From Styela clava (Eukaryota), in assembly GCF_964204865.1 (NCBI RefSeq), contig NC_135260.1:10044001-10108000 (forward strand): 64,000 nt of DNA. The letters are read 5' to 3'. Below the pieces are notes generated by a model. It searched no databases and was not told where the DNA came from. It saw only the letters and a program-made list of their open reading frames with translations. Shown here in pieces: positions 36,301 to 49,847 of this stretch. Each line of letters opens with the position of its first letter. Positions within the stretch are counted from its first letter, which is position 1. Position numbers and translations under genes: made by a program.

Positions 36301-39300
36301 AACGCATATAATGGAATAAATGAAAGGTTTTGAAATATCAATATTCAAAATAAGGCGGGCAAATCTAACAAATATTTTTATTTAGCTTTACGACCCCTCA
36401 AAAAATTGTCTACGCCTCTTTGTAGAGCGAGCCCCACCGTTTGAAAACCACCGCTATAGAATATATATATACATTAAATTTAAAATGCGGAAGACATAAT
36501 TGTTAAAAGCTCCATATACTTTAATATTACACAAACACACATACATCCTCATTTGACGTTTAAAAATCCGAAACCAACTATTGTTTTTAAATGTAGCCTA
36601 CTTAAATCATATTTTCTGCCAATGCATTGATGTGACACCAATTCGCCACGTTGATAAAGTTTTGCTATATAAAATAGCTAAGGACAAAAAAAAATTTTCA
36701 TATTGGAACTACTTACCGGTGAATATATTGGTTTTGCATTTATTACCCATTACAAAGACTCTTTGCTCAAAATAATGCGGTATTATTGTATATTATATTG
36801 CAATATATTTCCTTATTTTCAAAATGTGATTGGCTTAAATGTATATAGCTTTGAGGAGGTAACGAGTCATCGATTATTGAACACAATCCTGGCGAAAAAT
36901 ATAAATACATTTGTCAAAATTAATATTGTATGTATGTCTTTCTTGTTTTGACATTGTGATTTGGGTTATAAACAATGCGGTCGCATTTCGTAAGTACTAT
37001 ATATACCACAAGAAAGCATTCAACTTGGAATCTAAACTGACGTCAGAGCAATGTTTACAATGGAATTCAACGGAAAGAGTCATGTAGATTTGTAGGCCTA
37101 TTACCATTACGTTTATGACCGGAGGGTGTACAAGAGTAAACCGAGAGTGAATTTGACAAGCGGCGTTAACTTTTATCGCTTCAACTTTCAAGTCACGAAT
37201 TCCTTATTCATCAAGTGGAAATCAATTTACGACAATATTCAAGTGTTTACAAATTTTCAACACCTGGAGCATACTTTGGAATTTAATAAATTCCCGTTGG
37301 TGTGGAAGATCACTTACGGTGAAGCGTTTCAATTTTCCGAGTGGTACATGAATAGTATGGATAACAATTATTAACTGTGTTTTCTTTTTGCATACTGTAA
37401 TATTGTAACGTAACGTTATGTTCCACCCCAAGAACCTGGTCGCGAATGACAACAAGGAGTCACGTTACCGCAACTACAACTAGGGATTTGTTCAAAGAGA
37501 ATTGTCTAAAAACAATTGTTTGCGATGAAACCACGTTGCGAAAATTGAAATGCGATCGAATAAATGAGTTTGTATAACCTTGAAAAACTCACTTCAACCT
37601 TAAAAAACAAAGTATGCTGAGCATAAATTAACCGAACAGTATTAACCGTAACAATGACTTCATTTTATGAGAAAAATGTCAATACATGACCTCGAAATCC
37701 ATATTATGGCGTCATAAGTTATGACTCATAACAGATTAGTTGTGGCGTCTTTGCATCAGAGGACTCTTACAATTAACATAGGCTAGGTAAAGGTGTCTCA
37801 TCGTTCATATCAGTAGATTACCGCCGCTATAAGCATATTCTTCGTTATTGCAACCCACTCGTTTTGCAGAAGGGCTGCACTTGATCGAATTGCTTTTGTA
37901 GTAGCTTTTGTAGGTTCGTGAGCTAATTTTCATGATTTTTTTTACTCAAAACGTCTCTCTGATATCTCGGTTAAACATTTCGGGTAAAATCTTATGATTT
38001 TGGTGGAGATATAAAGTGGCGATATATGTACGCAATAGTGATAAAAGTCAAAATAAAAAATTTACTTACATTTTTGAAATTATAATTCCGGCTGCGTGTG
38101 CAGCTGCCAGAATGCAACGTTTTGGCGTAGTTTCGCGTCGATGCAAGGGGTATTTCAATAAAAAATTCAGAAAAAATTTGATTTAAAACAAGCCCTTGTT
38201 TTAAAACACGATATTTTTCTTAGAATTGATAAAAAACAAAACCCTAACTACAACGGTATTATAATATATATATTATCTTTTGAGATACTACGTTGCCACA
38301 TTTTTCAATTCAAATATCGGTGACTTCTAAACGAGTTTCTGAATATGCAACAGTGAAACCCAGAATACCGGTAATGTTATTGTGGTCACCAGACAACTTC
38401 GGATAGTTGGACATATAGTTCAAAAATGAACTACGTTGCCACATTTTCCAATTTAAATGACGGTGATCCTCAAACGAGATCCTGAATAGGCAACAGTGGA
38501 ACCCGGGGCTAACGGTAATGTTATCGCGGTCATCAGAAAATTTTGGATAGTTGGACAAAGTTTAAAAATGAGCCACAGTTTTCAATTTAAATATTAAACA
38601 TTAGGCAGCTCAAAACAGAGTAACCTGTTTGAGTAATTGTTTTTTATATATGATCATCATAATTACCAGAAATATCTATTACGTGATAAAGAGTTATCTT
38701 CACAGACGGTTGCTGTCGTTGATATTTAAAGTGACATTTGATACATCAGTATTCATTTCGCTTTGTCAACCTGTCGAGACTGTCTGCCCTTTATGTTAAA
38801 GGTGTTTCATAATATATATATTCGCATGCTTCAAACGCGACAATTGACAAGTTAATGAACTTTCTATTTGTAAACCTTTAACAGACTTTGGATCATGGAG
38901 GAGCCTGATTGTTCGTTTGTTACAGAAAAAAGCGCTTTGAATATAAGCGGAAACTACATCTTTATTATTTTAAATTTCATAGGTGATCAGGTTATCTCTC
39001 AATGTACTATTGTAATTCTATATGGCTCAGAGGTGAGTCTCTTTTAGCCCTGAATGAGTGTGTGTGAAGTTGTCTTGAGCAACTTCTTTCAAACTATATT
39101 TAGGGTAGGTATTGAACTGTACGTTACTTGTATGAATTTGATACTGATAATGCGCGAGCAAAACTTGATAGTAAAATTATCACAGAAAACCGATAATCGA
39201 TTACCAAAATTTAAAATTCCTAAACTGAAACGTATTATGCCTCTGGCATGTCCATTAATGGAAATTTACATATTTAGTGCAGTATGATCGGCACGTTTGA

Positions 39301-42300
39301 ACTAAATTCTAACGATGTGGTTGAGGTTGAGTAAACGATAGCGAGAAAAGTATCAACATTGGATGCATTTGGTAAGATTCAACCCGTCTGCCTAAAGGAA
39401 CACTGTGCACTGAATCACACTCTCGTCAGTATTTTTAGGCACCACCATTGGAAGTCTAATTTTGGACCAAGGTATATCAGAAAAAGAGAACCTACATCTT
39501 TCAATGTTTTTTGATTTTGATGCAAAATGACGCTTTAATGTCCGAAATTGCGTAAATTATGGAAATTTTGTGAGATGCATAATGGGTAATTGATTGACAA
39601 TCTTGCCCCCTAAGGCCCTCATTGTCGAGAAATATAGTGCAATTGGGATCTCTTGGTATTAAATTTGTTTTTTTCAATTTATAAAACTGCGTAAGGAACA
39701 ACTTTCATATCTAATGTTTCCCCTCTATTCACAAGTATTTAATGACTCATAATATTATTATCAATTTGCTTCAATCATTACTAAGATTTGTTCTCGCCTC
39801 GACTACAGTTCCATTAAATCTCTTTGTTTCTAAAACTGAAATCCAAGATCTTCAACATTGGATCTTATGACACCAGGCCAACTCCTATAACCTTTAACCA
39901 CAAATGAAAGTAAAATTATTGTTTCCAATCCAGGTAGGATTCGTACACTCAAATTCCCATCTTAAACAAAGATACCTCATTGTAGAATAAAGAATCTAAC
40001 CTCTCGTTGGACCAGGATGGCTTCTCAATGTATTGACAGCAGAAGCAAGTTGCATTGTTGAGTTGTAAGAATTCAAAAATATTTCACTATCCGCCCCAAC
40101 TTTTTCATTGTATGTCACAATTCCGATTCTGCTTTCTCTAGGTCCGACCAAAAATGTACTGAAATATAGTAACACCTAGAATCACTCATTTTCATATATA
40201 TTTATTATCATTGTTTCATACCTATCTGCGTTTACTGTATTTTCGGATTTTATATCGCTCCACGTCGTGAGTGCATGACTCCCATAAAGCATTACACTCT
40301 TTCGCTTTAAATACATTTCTAGATGAGAATATGGATAGCAAAAGGTTGCTACAATTTTAACGATATAAATATATATCATTAATACGATTTTAGAGACACT
40401 ACTGGTAGTCCTAGGTTCATTCATCATGTTTAAAATTCACCCAATAGACAATATAACGTTATCCAATTTCTCTCTATATAAGAACGTGACTGAACCCTGC
40501 CTTGGGAATCAAACATTCATTAAATCGATTTAACTAAGAGATCAAATATTTTTTTTCTGAAATTTATATTTTTCAAATTCACGGCAATTCTACACTCGGA
40601 CATAACCAAAATATGAATACAAAAATAAATACAGAAATTTATTTTTGTGAATAATGTTTTAGCCTGCATTGATATCATTCGTAATCGCTGCCACGCCATT
40701 ATTAACTACCAATATAAGAGATATAGACAAAATAATACCCCTACTTAGTTTCACATTTGAGGAAAAGATACCTCACTTACGTTATTAAATCTTTCAACAA
40801 TTCTTTTATTTTCTCCCAATTTTCCTCCGATTCTATCGATGAATCGACGGCAAATACAAGATCCATGTTTCCATGAGGAGGACATGGTTCTGAAAAAAAA
40901 AAACAAGAATCGTTTTCAAGTACTAGTTTAATCGCACAGTGTTGTCTGAATTTGTGATAAACACAGGATGAATCAATATGGAAAAATGATAGGTAAATAG
41001 AGAATGAACTGATTTAGTTTACTCATTGCAGCGCCATTCAACTACTCGTTTAAATTTGATACTAAATTACAATACTTACTGCTACAACACGGCATCTTAT
41101 CTGACCATGTTGCCTCCAGTTTATCCATTTCACAACGGAGCATTCCTGGCCCGTGTAAGTCGTGAAATTTTTTACATCGAAATCTGCAGTTTGAACCGGG
41201 ATTATTGTTTCTATCACACGAAACGACACCGTTTCTCAATCTGCGAATTTTTGGACACTTCGGTGAATTTTCTCGCAGTAATTTTGCGTCGGTCACTGTA
41301 AAAATATGCGAGATATATTTCAGTGATAACATTGATAAATAATTTAAGAACGATAACATCGTATATAAGTTCCTAGCGTACCAAAAATATGGTAAAATTG
41401 TGCATGAAGGTCACGAGTGTTGTGTAACACAAGCAAGTTTATACTTCATGGTCATTATTTAAATGGTGTGTTGTTGACGCTATAACACATTAATTCATGT
41501 AAAGTCTTGTTTGACGTGAAAGGATTCAATTTCATTCAAACAGTCAAATATAACAGTGTCAAATAAACTAAATAAGTTGGAATGTGAAGGTTTCTAAAAA
41601 TACAGGAAAAGGGATGACTATGGCACAAATGGGGACTTTATTTCAAAAAAAGTAAATACAAATATACAATAGGCTATCTATAATCATGAGTAGGGCTGGG
41701 CATTTTCGAATATCTGATGATTTCAGAATCGAATCGAATAATTTTTTCGAATTGAATCGAATCTCGAATACTTTGGAGATATAAAATTGTATGTAACTCT
41801 TCTATTGTGTTAGGTCCCCCAGACACATAAATTACTGAAAACATAGAATACATCACTCAGGCAGATTGCTGAGCGTTCACACACAATAAAAACACGTTTT
41901 CCTCAATAACTCACAACAGAAAAGAGTCATATGTCAGAATTGCGTTGAAAAAATATGACTTCAAGAAAAAAAAAATGAGAAATTTAGCTCGACCATTGGC
42001 GGGAAGAAAAAAACAAGATGGCGGCAATTCGAAATTTTGCCCCGAACCGATTCGAATAATTTCATATTCGATTCGAAATGCCCAGCCCTAATCATGAGTT
42101 ATTTCAACCATTCTGTAATTTGTTGTTTGAACATAAACTCTTAACATGTCTCTAAACAAAAAGTTACTGTATTCAACAGTTGGGTAATTTGAGACGAAAT
42201 CGTACGGCGTTTTACTGAAAACGTTATTTTTGACAGCATTCTAAATACATGTTTGCGAATAAAAACGAAAGCGTCACACAGTGGTAATCGAGATATGGAA

Positions 42301-45300
42301 CATATTACTTGATTTACCTCCTGTGCAGGTATCGCTGTCAAAATTGCATAAATCATCGATGCAACAACATCTACACACGGATTGATTTTTGAAATATCTG
42401 CATTGTGAATTATTTCTCTTCCTTTTGTTTTGTCTGAAATTATTTTGACAGGCTCTGGCTTGCTTGCAATTTTTCGTTATTTTTGTTATAGGTCCCCACG
42501 CGTAGTCAACACGCTCTGTAGTTTGACAAGCCGTCTGAAACAAAAGATACGTGAAAATGTGACATATATATTCCATGAAAATGTGACACATTGTTCGTGA
42601 CACGTGATCTGAGAACATTTTCACCAGTTGTTATTCAACGATACCTCGTATCTGTTATTCATTTTGTACTAGTTTGTTCAGCCGAAGCGGTAGAGCCCTC
42701 TGCGAAAATAATAACGTACGGATATAACAGTTGTGGGTAGTCATTGATGTATTAAGTAATATAAATAAGTATATCTCTTTGACAAAGATGTTAGTAGTTT
42801 GAAGTAGAAACAAGACTCAATACAAATAAATTACTGTAAAATGACCTATTTCCAATAGCTCAAATTTCAGAAATATAACACAAAAAGTCATTTTACGTCC
42901 GCCTATAAGAATTATTATGACTAAGAAATTTGTGCTCTTGATATAATGATAGACATATTCTTACCTTCGTTTTGGAGTTTTTTAATTACATGCTATTCAT
43001 ATTTCATTCAAATCAGAACTCAAGAGATATTTAATTTTAGTAAGTCCTAATTGCGACTGAACAAATGCACAACATCTAATTATATAAAAGGTGTGTAGTG
43101 GGAGTGGCCACATGTTCAAAGTGTTATCCAAGTGCACACAAACAAACCATTCAAACATTATATCATGTTTTCCGGTAAATAGATTTGAGATGATTATGGC
43201 ATGAAGCCAACTGTTTACAAATTGTAACCAACAATTGCTTGCGAGGCGTAAAGCTGATTTCTTAACGACATTAATTATGCTCTTTATTATTGACAACCTG
43301 AGGTAGGTCTAGGAGGAGAATTTGCAGATACTGTTCAGAATTAAATTCATAATGAGTTCGTACAAATCATTCGTCCAGATTATCATTGCAATGTACGCAT
43401 CAATGACAAATAGCACTATTCAGTGGAATGAATTGATTTTAACCGCTTGAACCCGGCAAGCCGGTTTACCGGCTTGTTTGAGTACGCTCTGTGCCCCGGC
43501 AAGCCGGTTTACCGGCTTGTTTTTCGTGTCGGAGGGAATCAACTTTATGATCTCGTATCTCAAGAACCACAATGAGTATTTGAATAAATTTAATATTGCA
43601 TGAAAGCTTGTTATTGGGACTAATTATATTGTGATGATCGGTGCTCTAATATACGATGTTTCAGTAAAATTGGCAATTTGAAAGTGCGTATGAAATTATT
43701 GTATGATAACAAATATTTAATATAAAGAATTTCGACTTCTTGCCTAAATAGCCACATATTCAATCGGCAATATATGTGGAGAATTTGAATAGCTTTTTAT
43801 ATACGTATCCAAAACGATTTTACGATGAGCCATTCAAATTTTATGACCAAATATATTAGATTATCTGTAGATTTAACAGCGACGCTGCGTCAAATTGATG
43901 TTCTCATTGAAGAGCGGCAACGTCTCGTCACGCACAACTTTACGCATATTACGCAAATGCAACTAAACGTGACGATATCCGCAATAACGTTACGTCGAGA
44001 TGTTATTATTTAAATGTCCGCAGGAAGTAATTAATTAACCCGATGCTACGCATTCAAAATTCGCACTACGATTTGACTTTGACTGCCTGCTCAAGCCCCA
44101 TTAAGTTGTGGTTACGTATACGCAATATGAACAAGATTGTGATTTTATTAGCGGATAACGGAACAATAAAGACCATGAAAAATGTATGTACATAAAAGAC
44201 TGCTTGCTAAAAATTTTAAATTGAATATTGCACTTCGTTGTGCCCGGAACAATGAAGAACATGAAAATATTAGGCAGACTAAATCCAATATTGCACTTTG
44301 TTGTGCCAGTTATACCAATGGTTGTTGGTTTCGTTACCTACACATAGGTACTCATTACAGTATTTGTACTTATATACTGTCTCGCATCGTTTCAGCAACG
44401 CTTTGTCTTTAGCAGCTGAATTGGTTTTTTGGCAATAATGTAAATTTTGCTGCATACGACGCATCTATTATTAGAACTGGCGTTTTGCGGTGGGGTATCT
44501 AGTTCTGGCGACGCATATGATCTTGTTGGAATAAGAGTTGCTCTTCCTGCATTATTAGTGCTCTCAGATATTATTCCATCCACTTGCTTCGCCTAACATT
44601 CGTAAAATCAGATATTTTGATCTGCAGAGCAGGCAAGTACTTATTTTGGTTGATATTTGAACAAATACTCATGGGCGAATAAAACATTTTCCACGTGAAA
44701 TTTTATATGACGATATTAACTTCACTTCGCTATTACTGCACGCATACTCGACGTCGGTACTTCAATCCATACAGGGTTAATATCATATCGAAACTCGGCG
44801 ACCGATGTTCCGCTGAGAACGTCGTCGTGAAAGTTATCTTGCGCATTTTGCCACGCAATACGTTTCGAACGTACTTATCAACATCTTCATGACGGTAGTC
44901 ACGTGATCGGCTTTTGCGTAGCTGCGTAATCAGTGCGTCATGGCCGCTTATCTATGTTGTTCACCCGACACAATGATACACAATTAAATATTTAAATATA
45001 AAATTGGTTATATGGCAGCCACAATAGTAATTCGAATATCAACAAAAAGCTTATAAAAAACTCTTCATGAACATCAAATATTGGCAGTATATTTTGTACC
45101 AAACTAACAAAATTTCAAGCCAAAACTCACATACATGCAGAAAAATGACTGTTAGATTAGGGTCAATTTTATTAATTTTGACAAAATGTATTTCAAAATG
45201 GAAAATACATTCTGAATGCACGATAAAATTTCCTTTCGATTGAAATGTCTCACAACGTGCTACCTATAATTGGTAGAAAGTTACAAGCGTGCCAAATAGC

Positions 45301-47019
45301 CAGTATTTAGACTTATTTTATTGTTCTACCAATACGGCGCCGCGAACCTTCAGGGTGAGCGAGTAACTTCGCTCAGAGCCGTCAGAGTTCAAAGAGTTAA
45401 CGCTTATCACACAACTCGAGATTCGATTTGATTCGAAAAAAAAATTGAATCTATTTTGAAATCATCAGGTATTCGGAAATGCCCTAGTTATAATATTGTT
45501 TGGGACATTAAATAATTTCACGAAACAAAGTACAAAAGTACTATGCCTCCGACCGCAGAGTTTGTAGATAAAACAGAATAATCTGCCATAATAAGTTTTT
45601 AGTTTGTATATAAACTGCCACCAATTTGACGTCATAACTTTCACACTATTCCGATACATCTGTTTTTGTTTTTAAATTAAACGCCTACGGTGTTTTACAG
45701 TCAAAATATATCAAAGCACTAATACACACGCATATTATTTATGAAATTTGAGTATAATAAATCCTAGTCGAGACTAGAATGTTGAAAGTCAACTTTGTTG
45801 CGGTGATATATCACGATTCTAATAAAAGTCTCCAGTTATCGTCAATCATTACCCTCACTTAAATCTGAACCATGTCTGAGAAAATGTTTTTTCATCAAGT
45901 TATTAAAATACATAAATATACACATATATATATGGAACACCTTTTTAGAGAAACAACACCGACACCTTATAACCGTAATAAGAAAAATCTGGAGAAAAGA
46001 ATAATTTCTCCCACCTGCGATTTTTCACACAATCTGACTTTCCCCTTTCTCCGGCAATCTTCGTCGTTTTTTGCATTCCAGCATTCGTAACAAATCAGAC
46101 CTAATAAAAAAATGAAGAATCATCCGTAATGTTAATTGTATTCAATTGATTTTGTTCGTATTTTCTTCACAGTAATTGGCATCAATGTGATTTATAACGA
46201 CTACTGCTAAATATCACATTAAATTGCCAAGTTCATGATCCAACAAACATTTGCATAAATGGATCCCCTTTTTCTGGAATGCCAGTGTTTGAAGTACCAA
46301 CACTATAATTATAGTTATTTATATTTCATATCCCATTCCTGTTACTCAATATTAGGTTATATTTCAACAAATATGGATACAATGGGATCGTTATATACTA
46401 ATCTTCAATGGTATTCCAGTCGCTATTGATAATGGATATAATTATAAACAATGATGGCTATAGGAACAAACATGACAATAATTCACACAAATATGCAGTT
46501 ACAGAAAGTCCCCACAAACAAACTCTAGTTCAATAACAGAATCAACCTGTTATTAGCTCGCATTAATTGGCCAATCAAATTGGATATACGACAACCACTG
46601 TTTGTGCATATATACTTTTAATGGGAATCTGGAAGTTTGAGCTCACTTTTCACTAAATCATTCTACGATCCCCACTCAAATTTAACCCGTTATGCCAATA
46701 TTCATATTCCTGCCATCTGCTGAACTGTAGACTCATTCTAGGAAGCTACTTTCAACAATAAGCATAAAAGCAAGTTTGAGCATGACCTAAAACTTTCGAA
46801 TTGTCACATAATTAGACCTGCAATATATTCGCGTCTATTTCCGTATATTGCTGGCATAAGCAGCCTGGCTATTCTAAGTGCACATTATGGCTTTATGCCA
46901 CAATTTATCATAAATAATAAAAACGAATGTTTTGAAAAATACAAACCTTCAACTAATGATGTGATGACGACAATAACGTAACAGATAATCCAGATTACCA
47001 CAATAACGCTGGAACGCAT
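33371..47019 (-). CDS. Secreted Ly6/uPAR(three-finger)-Sushi/CCP-vWA protein, 9 exons, 400 aa
   Basis: Exons 47019-46947 (signal peptide); 46100-46015 and 42534-42318 (LICYEC...CCCIDDLCN, LU domain); 41295-41080 (CPKIRRLRNG..C.FRC..L.G...RC...WSDKMPCC, CCP); 40889-40781, 40158-40001, 36047-35875, 34863-34792 and 33469-33371 (DLVFAVDSS, RIGIVTYN, GTRIG, LVMLTTG, LRDNGIDVVTVGVG, vWA). Total 1203 nt, all phases consistent. Confidence 0.88.
36141..36453. mobile_element. hAT (Charlie-type) MITE
   Basis: CAGTGGTTCTCAAAC ... GTTTGAAAACCACCG, with 8-bp TSD CTATAAAA/CTATAGAA. Confidence 0.85.
38288..38595. repeat. Tandem repeat, 143-bp unit, about 2.2 copies (intronic)
   Basis: CTACGTTGCCACATTTT starts at both 38288 and 38431, and the units are collinear. 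Confidence 0.85.
41691..42090. mobile_element. hAT (TAGGG-type) MITE with perfect 8-bp TSD ATCATGAG
   Basis: TAGGGCTGGGCATTT ... AAATGCCCAGCCCTA with (TCGAA)n subterminal repeats. A decayed inverted fragment of its left end lies at about 45415-45487. Confidence 0.9.
43443..45396 (-). mobile_element. Non-autonomous piggyBac-like element with a transposase C-terminal remnant
   Basis: TTAA on both flanks and imperfect termini CCGCTTGAAC/GTTCAAAGAG. A frameshifted minus-strand remnant at 44279-44583 reads RCVVCSK...KRCETVYKYKYCNEYLCV..NNHWYNWH, resembling the piggyBac cysteine-rich domain. Confidence 0.75.
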
Positions 47020-48237
47020 TTTAAAATTTCCAATAATATATAAAAATTTATGCTATGCATAGAATTCGAGATAAAAAGTTACACTTCATTAGTAGGCTTT
47101 ACCAATATGTATGTATGTATAATAATTAACAATTTATATAAATACAATGTACTGTTCTGAAAATTGAGCATAATGCAGGCATTCAAAAGCTGAGTCCGCC
47201 ACTCAAGGTTTTTTTAGGTGAATGAGACGAGATTAAATCGTTCTTGCTTTATATTTATTCGAAGACAAAACCTATCAATGACTTGGCAGAGTATTTGTAA
47301 GTATACTGTAATACAATTTCATCAACATTACAACAATATCCTAGTAAATTGAACTAAGTAGTGAAAAAATTCTAAGCTGTTTAGACACAGGTAAAAAAAG
47401 TAACTAAGTAACTAATAATAATCTATAGCGAATTCCCTGTACATATCTGTAATGATATCAGTTGATGCGCTAATTTCCATATCTAGTTTAAATAATCTTT
47501 CTGGAATTACAAACACATTTGTGGTGAGGTTTGCGGGAAACTTGATCCTCTATTTTACGACTTCATTAAATATTGAATATTTGCGACTTCTAACCATCCC
47601 AAATCGCTTAATCTTACCGTATGCAAACCTAAAGTCTATATCATTGACTAAATAGCGAAAGTCGATATTCGTTATTTTAAGGTGTACGTGACTACCATTC
47701 TGCCTAAACTAAGCCAGCTTACCCCGCTTCAGTCAAATGGCGTATGCGAAAATGTCGGCCACCCGATTGGCTTATCTGATTTGGCACATACATTTTTCTC
47801 GCTTGCTTCAATCATGCAAAATGCGTTCTATTCCTCCGGGCATCCAGACACCCTAAAAAAATATCAAATTTCTATATCAAAGCATAAGTAGTTGCTATTT
47901 TTATCAACAAATTTTGATCGGCACGTATGTTTACTATGAAACTCAAGAGAAAATATCATAAATTTCAAACATCTATACAAAAACTTCTAAATTTATGTCG
48001 AAACACCCTAAAAGTTTCAAAGTTAGTTGCTTCTAGACTAGAAATATTGAAAGTTTATAATATTTATAACAAGAAAAATAATATCAAAGGAAATCAACAA
48101 AAACAAAAATAACAATAACATAATAATAAAACGATCCATATGTACACTTCGTGTCCAACTATCAGTCATTCGACCAAAACTAGAGGCCGACTTATAGTCG
48201 GTAGTGTGGTGGTACATTGGTTCACAGTAAAAATCAA

Positions 48238-48473
48238 GGCGCTCCAGAAGTATGTGAACCAAGATGGCGGACACCGTAACGTAGTATGTATACCAGGTTA
48301 AGGTTATGCCATAATTTTATTCAAATTTTCCTTATTCTAATTCTATTACGAGTTCGGAGACCAGCCAAGTGACTCCCGTAGAATTTGTACCTGAAATTAT
48401 GGCCTAACCCCAACCGGGTACACATACTACGTTCCAGTGTCCGCAATCTTGGTTCACATACTACAGGAGTACC
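48238..48473. mobile_element. GG-terminal MITE, long form, perfect 8-bp TSD AAAATCAA
   Basis: Collinear with 11427-11646. Confidence 0.88.
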
Positions 48474-49847
48474 AAAATCAATTCTCAAGCCATCGTAGTA
48501 TAACTGCAAATGACCACCTGCCCAACGATTCAACAAATAATATCATCTATTATTTCATGCGCATCTGAAAATTAAAAGAGATCTAATCCATAAAGGCAAT
48601 TTCTAAATGAAAATCGAACGAACCTAAAATCGAAGAATCTCGAGCGACATCTATTGTGTAAAGTGCAATACAAAAATAATAAATCATATTGTGACGTGAT
48701 AGGTCCTGTAACTCCCGTTTACATTGCATTAAAGCTGTAGATTGTAACAAAAGCACAAACATTTTGTTTGTCACTGCCTGGGATTTTTTAATGAGGCCTA
48801 TTTCTGTGGATAAATCTTATAATTTTTACGGAGTTTCTCACAAGATCGTTGAAATACCGATATTTACTTTTCAGTTTTAATTAATATACAGAATCGAATT
48901 AGGTTTATTATTTCTAACCCCATGGGGGGACTTATTACGTCATAATACGATGCATTATTCTATATGTCATCGGTTCCCAAAGGGCGATTTGCTGAGTGCA
49001 CCCCGAAAATTACCAAAATTGTGTTAGAAATTAACTAATATATGATTGAATATTTTACATATCGTATTTATTATAAATGTTCTATTGTTTATTTTTCAAA
49101 TTCTGTAAATATGAATCACATAATTCATTTCACTTTCCTATGTCGTTCACTTCTGTTACGTATTGTCTGCCTCTAATGTTGCGTAACTGCTACGTATACG
49201 TAATAATAGAGATAGACACCTCTTGCTGCAACTTTAAGTTATTATAATTAGAATGTCAAATATAATTTGAATCCATGTGTTTTTACGGCTTATCAAGCAA
49301 ACCATGACACAATATAGCAAGAGAGTAAGAAACGGACATTCTTTAGCAAATCAATTGCGATTCAATATATATATTTCATTTTAGGATTATACATTCTTTA
49401 TTAATTTAAAAAAATAAGGCCAAAACATACAGGCTCACATTTTTTACACTTATTTGAGTTGATCCTGAATTTTTAATACATTGACACTGCTTAGCTGGCG
49501 AGCTCTGTGAGTTCTAGATATATATAAAGACTTAAAACTAAAATCCAGTTTACTGCAGAAACCATATAATTGCTTGCTTTTTTTAGAATTGTTCACTCTT
49601 AAACCATGAGATACGCGTTAATTATACCTCCCAACTTTATTCCCCCATTGTGAATTCGTATTACCCTCTACTGTTTGATTATCGTCGTTTATAAGCGTGT
49701 TTATTTCATCATTTTGTTATGGTTTAAATATGCATGACCCACGAGGTCTAACATTAGTCAGACGAAGCGTTAAAGCCGTAAGTAAATGTAAATGTGAAAC
49801 ATGATTTCTTATTCCATTCTCGCGAATACTATTCAATCCCTCTAACT

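Noticed and set aside
38288-38595. CRISPR-like or coding repeat (ORF 38310-38558)
   Set aside because: A simple intronic tandem duplication with no unique spacers, in a eukaryote.
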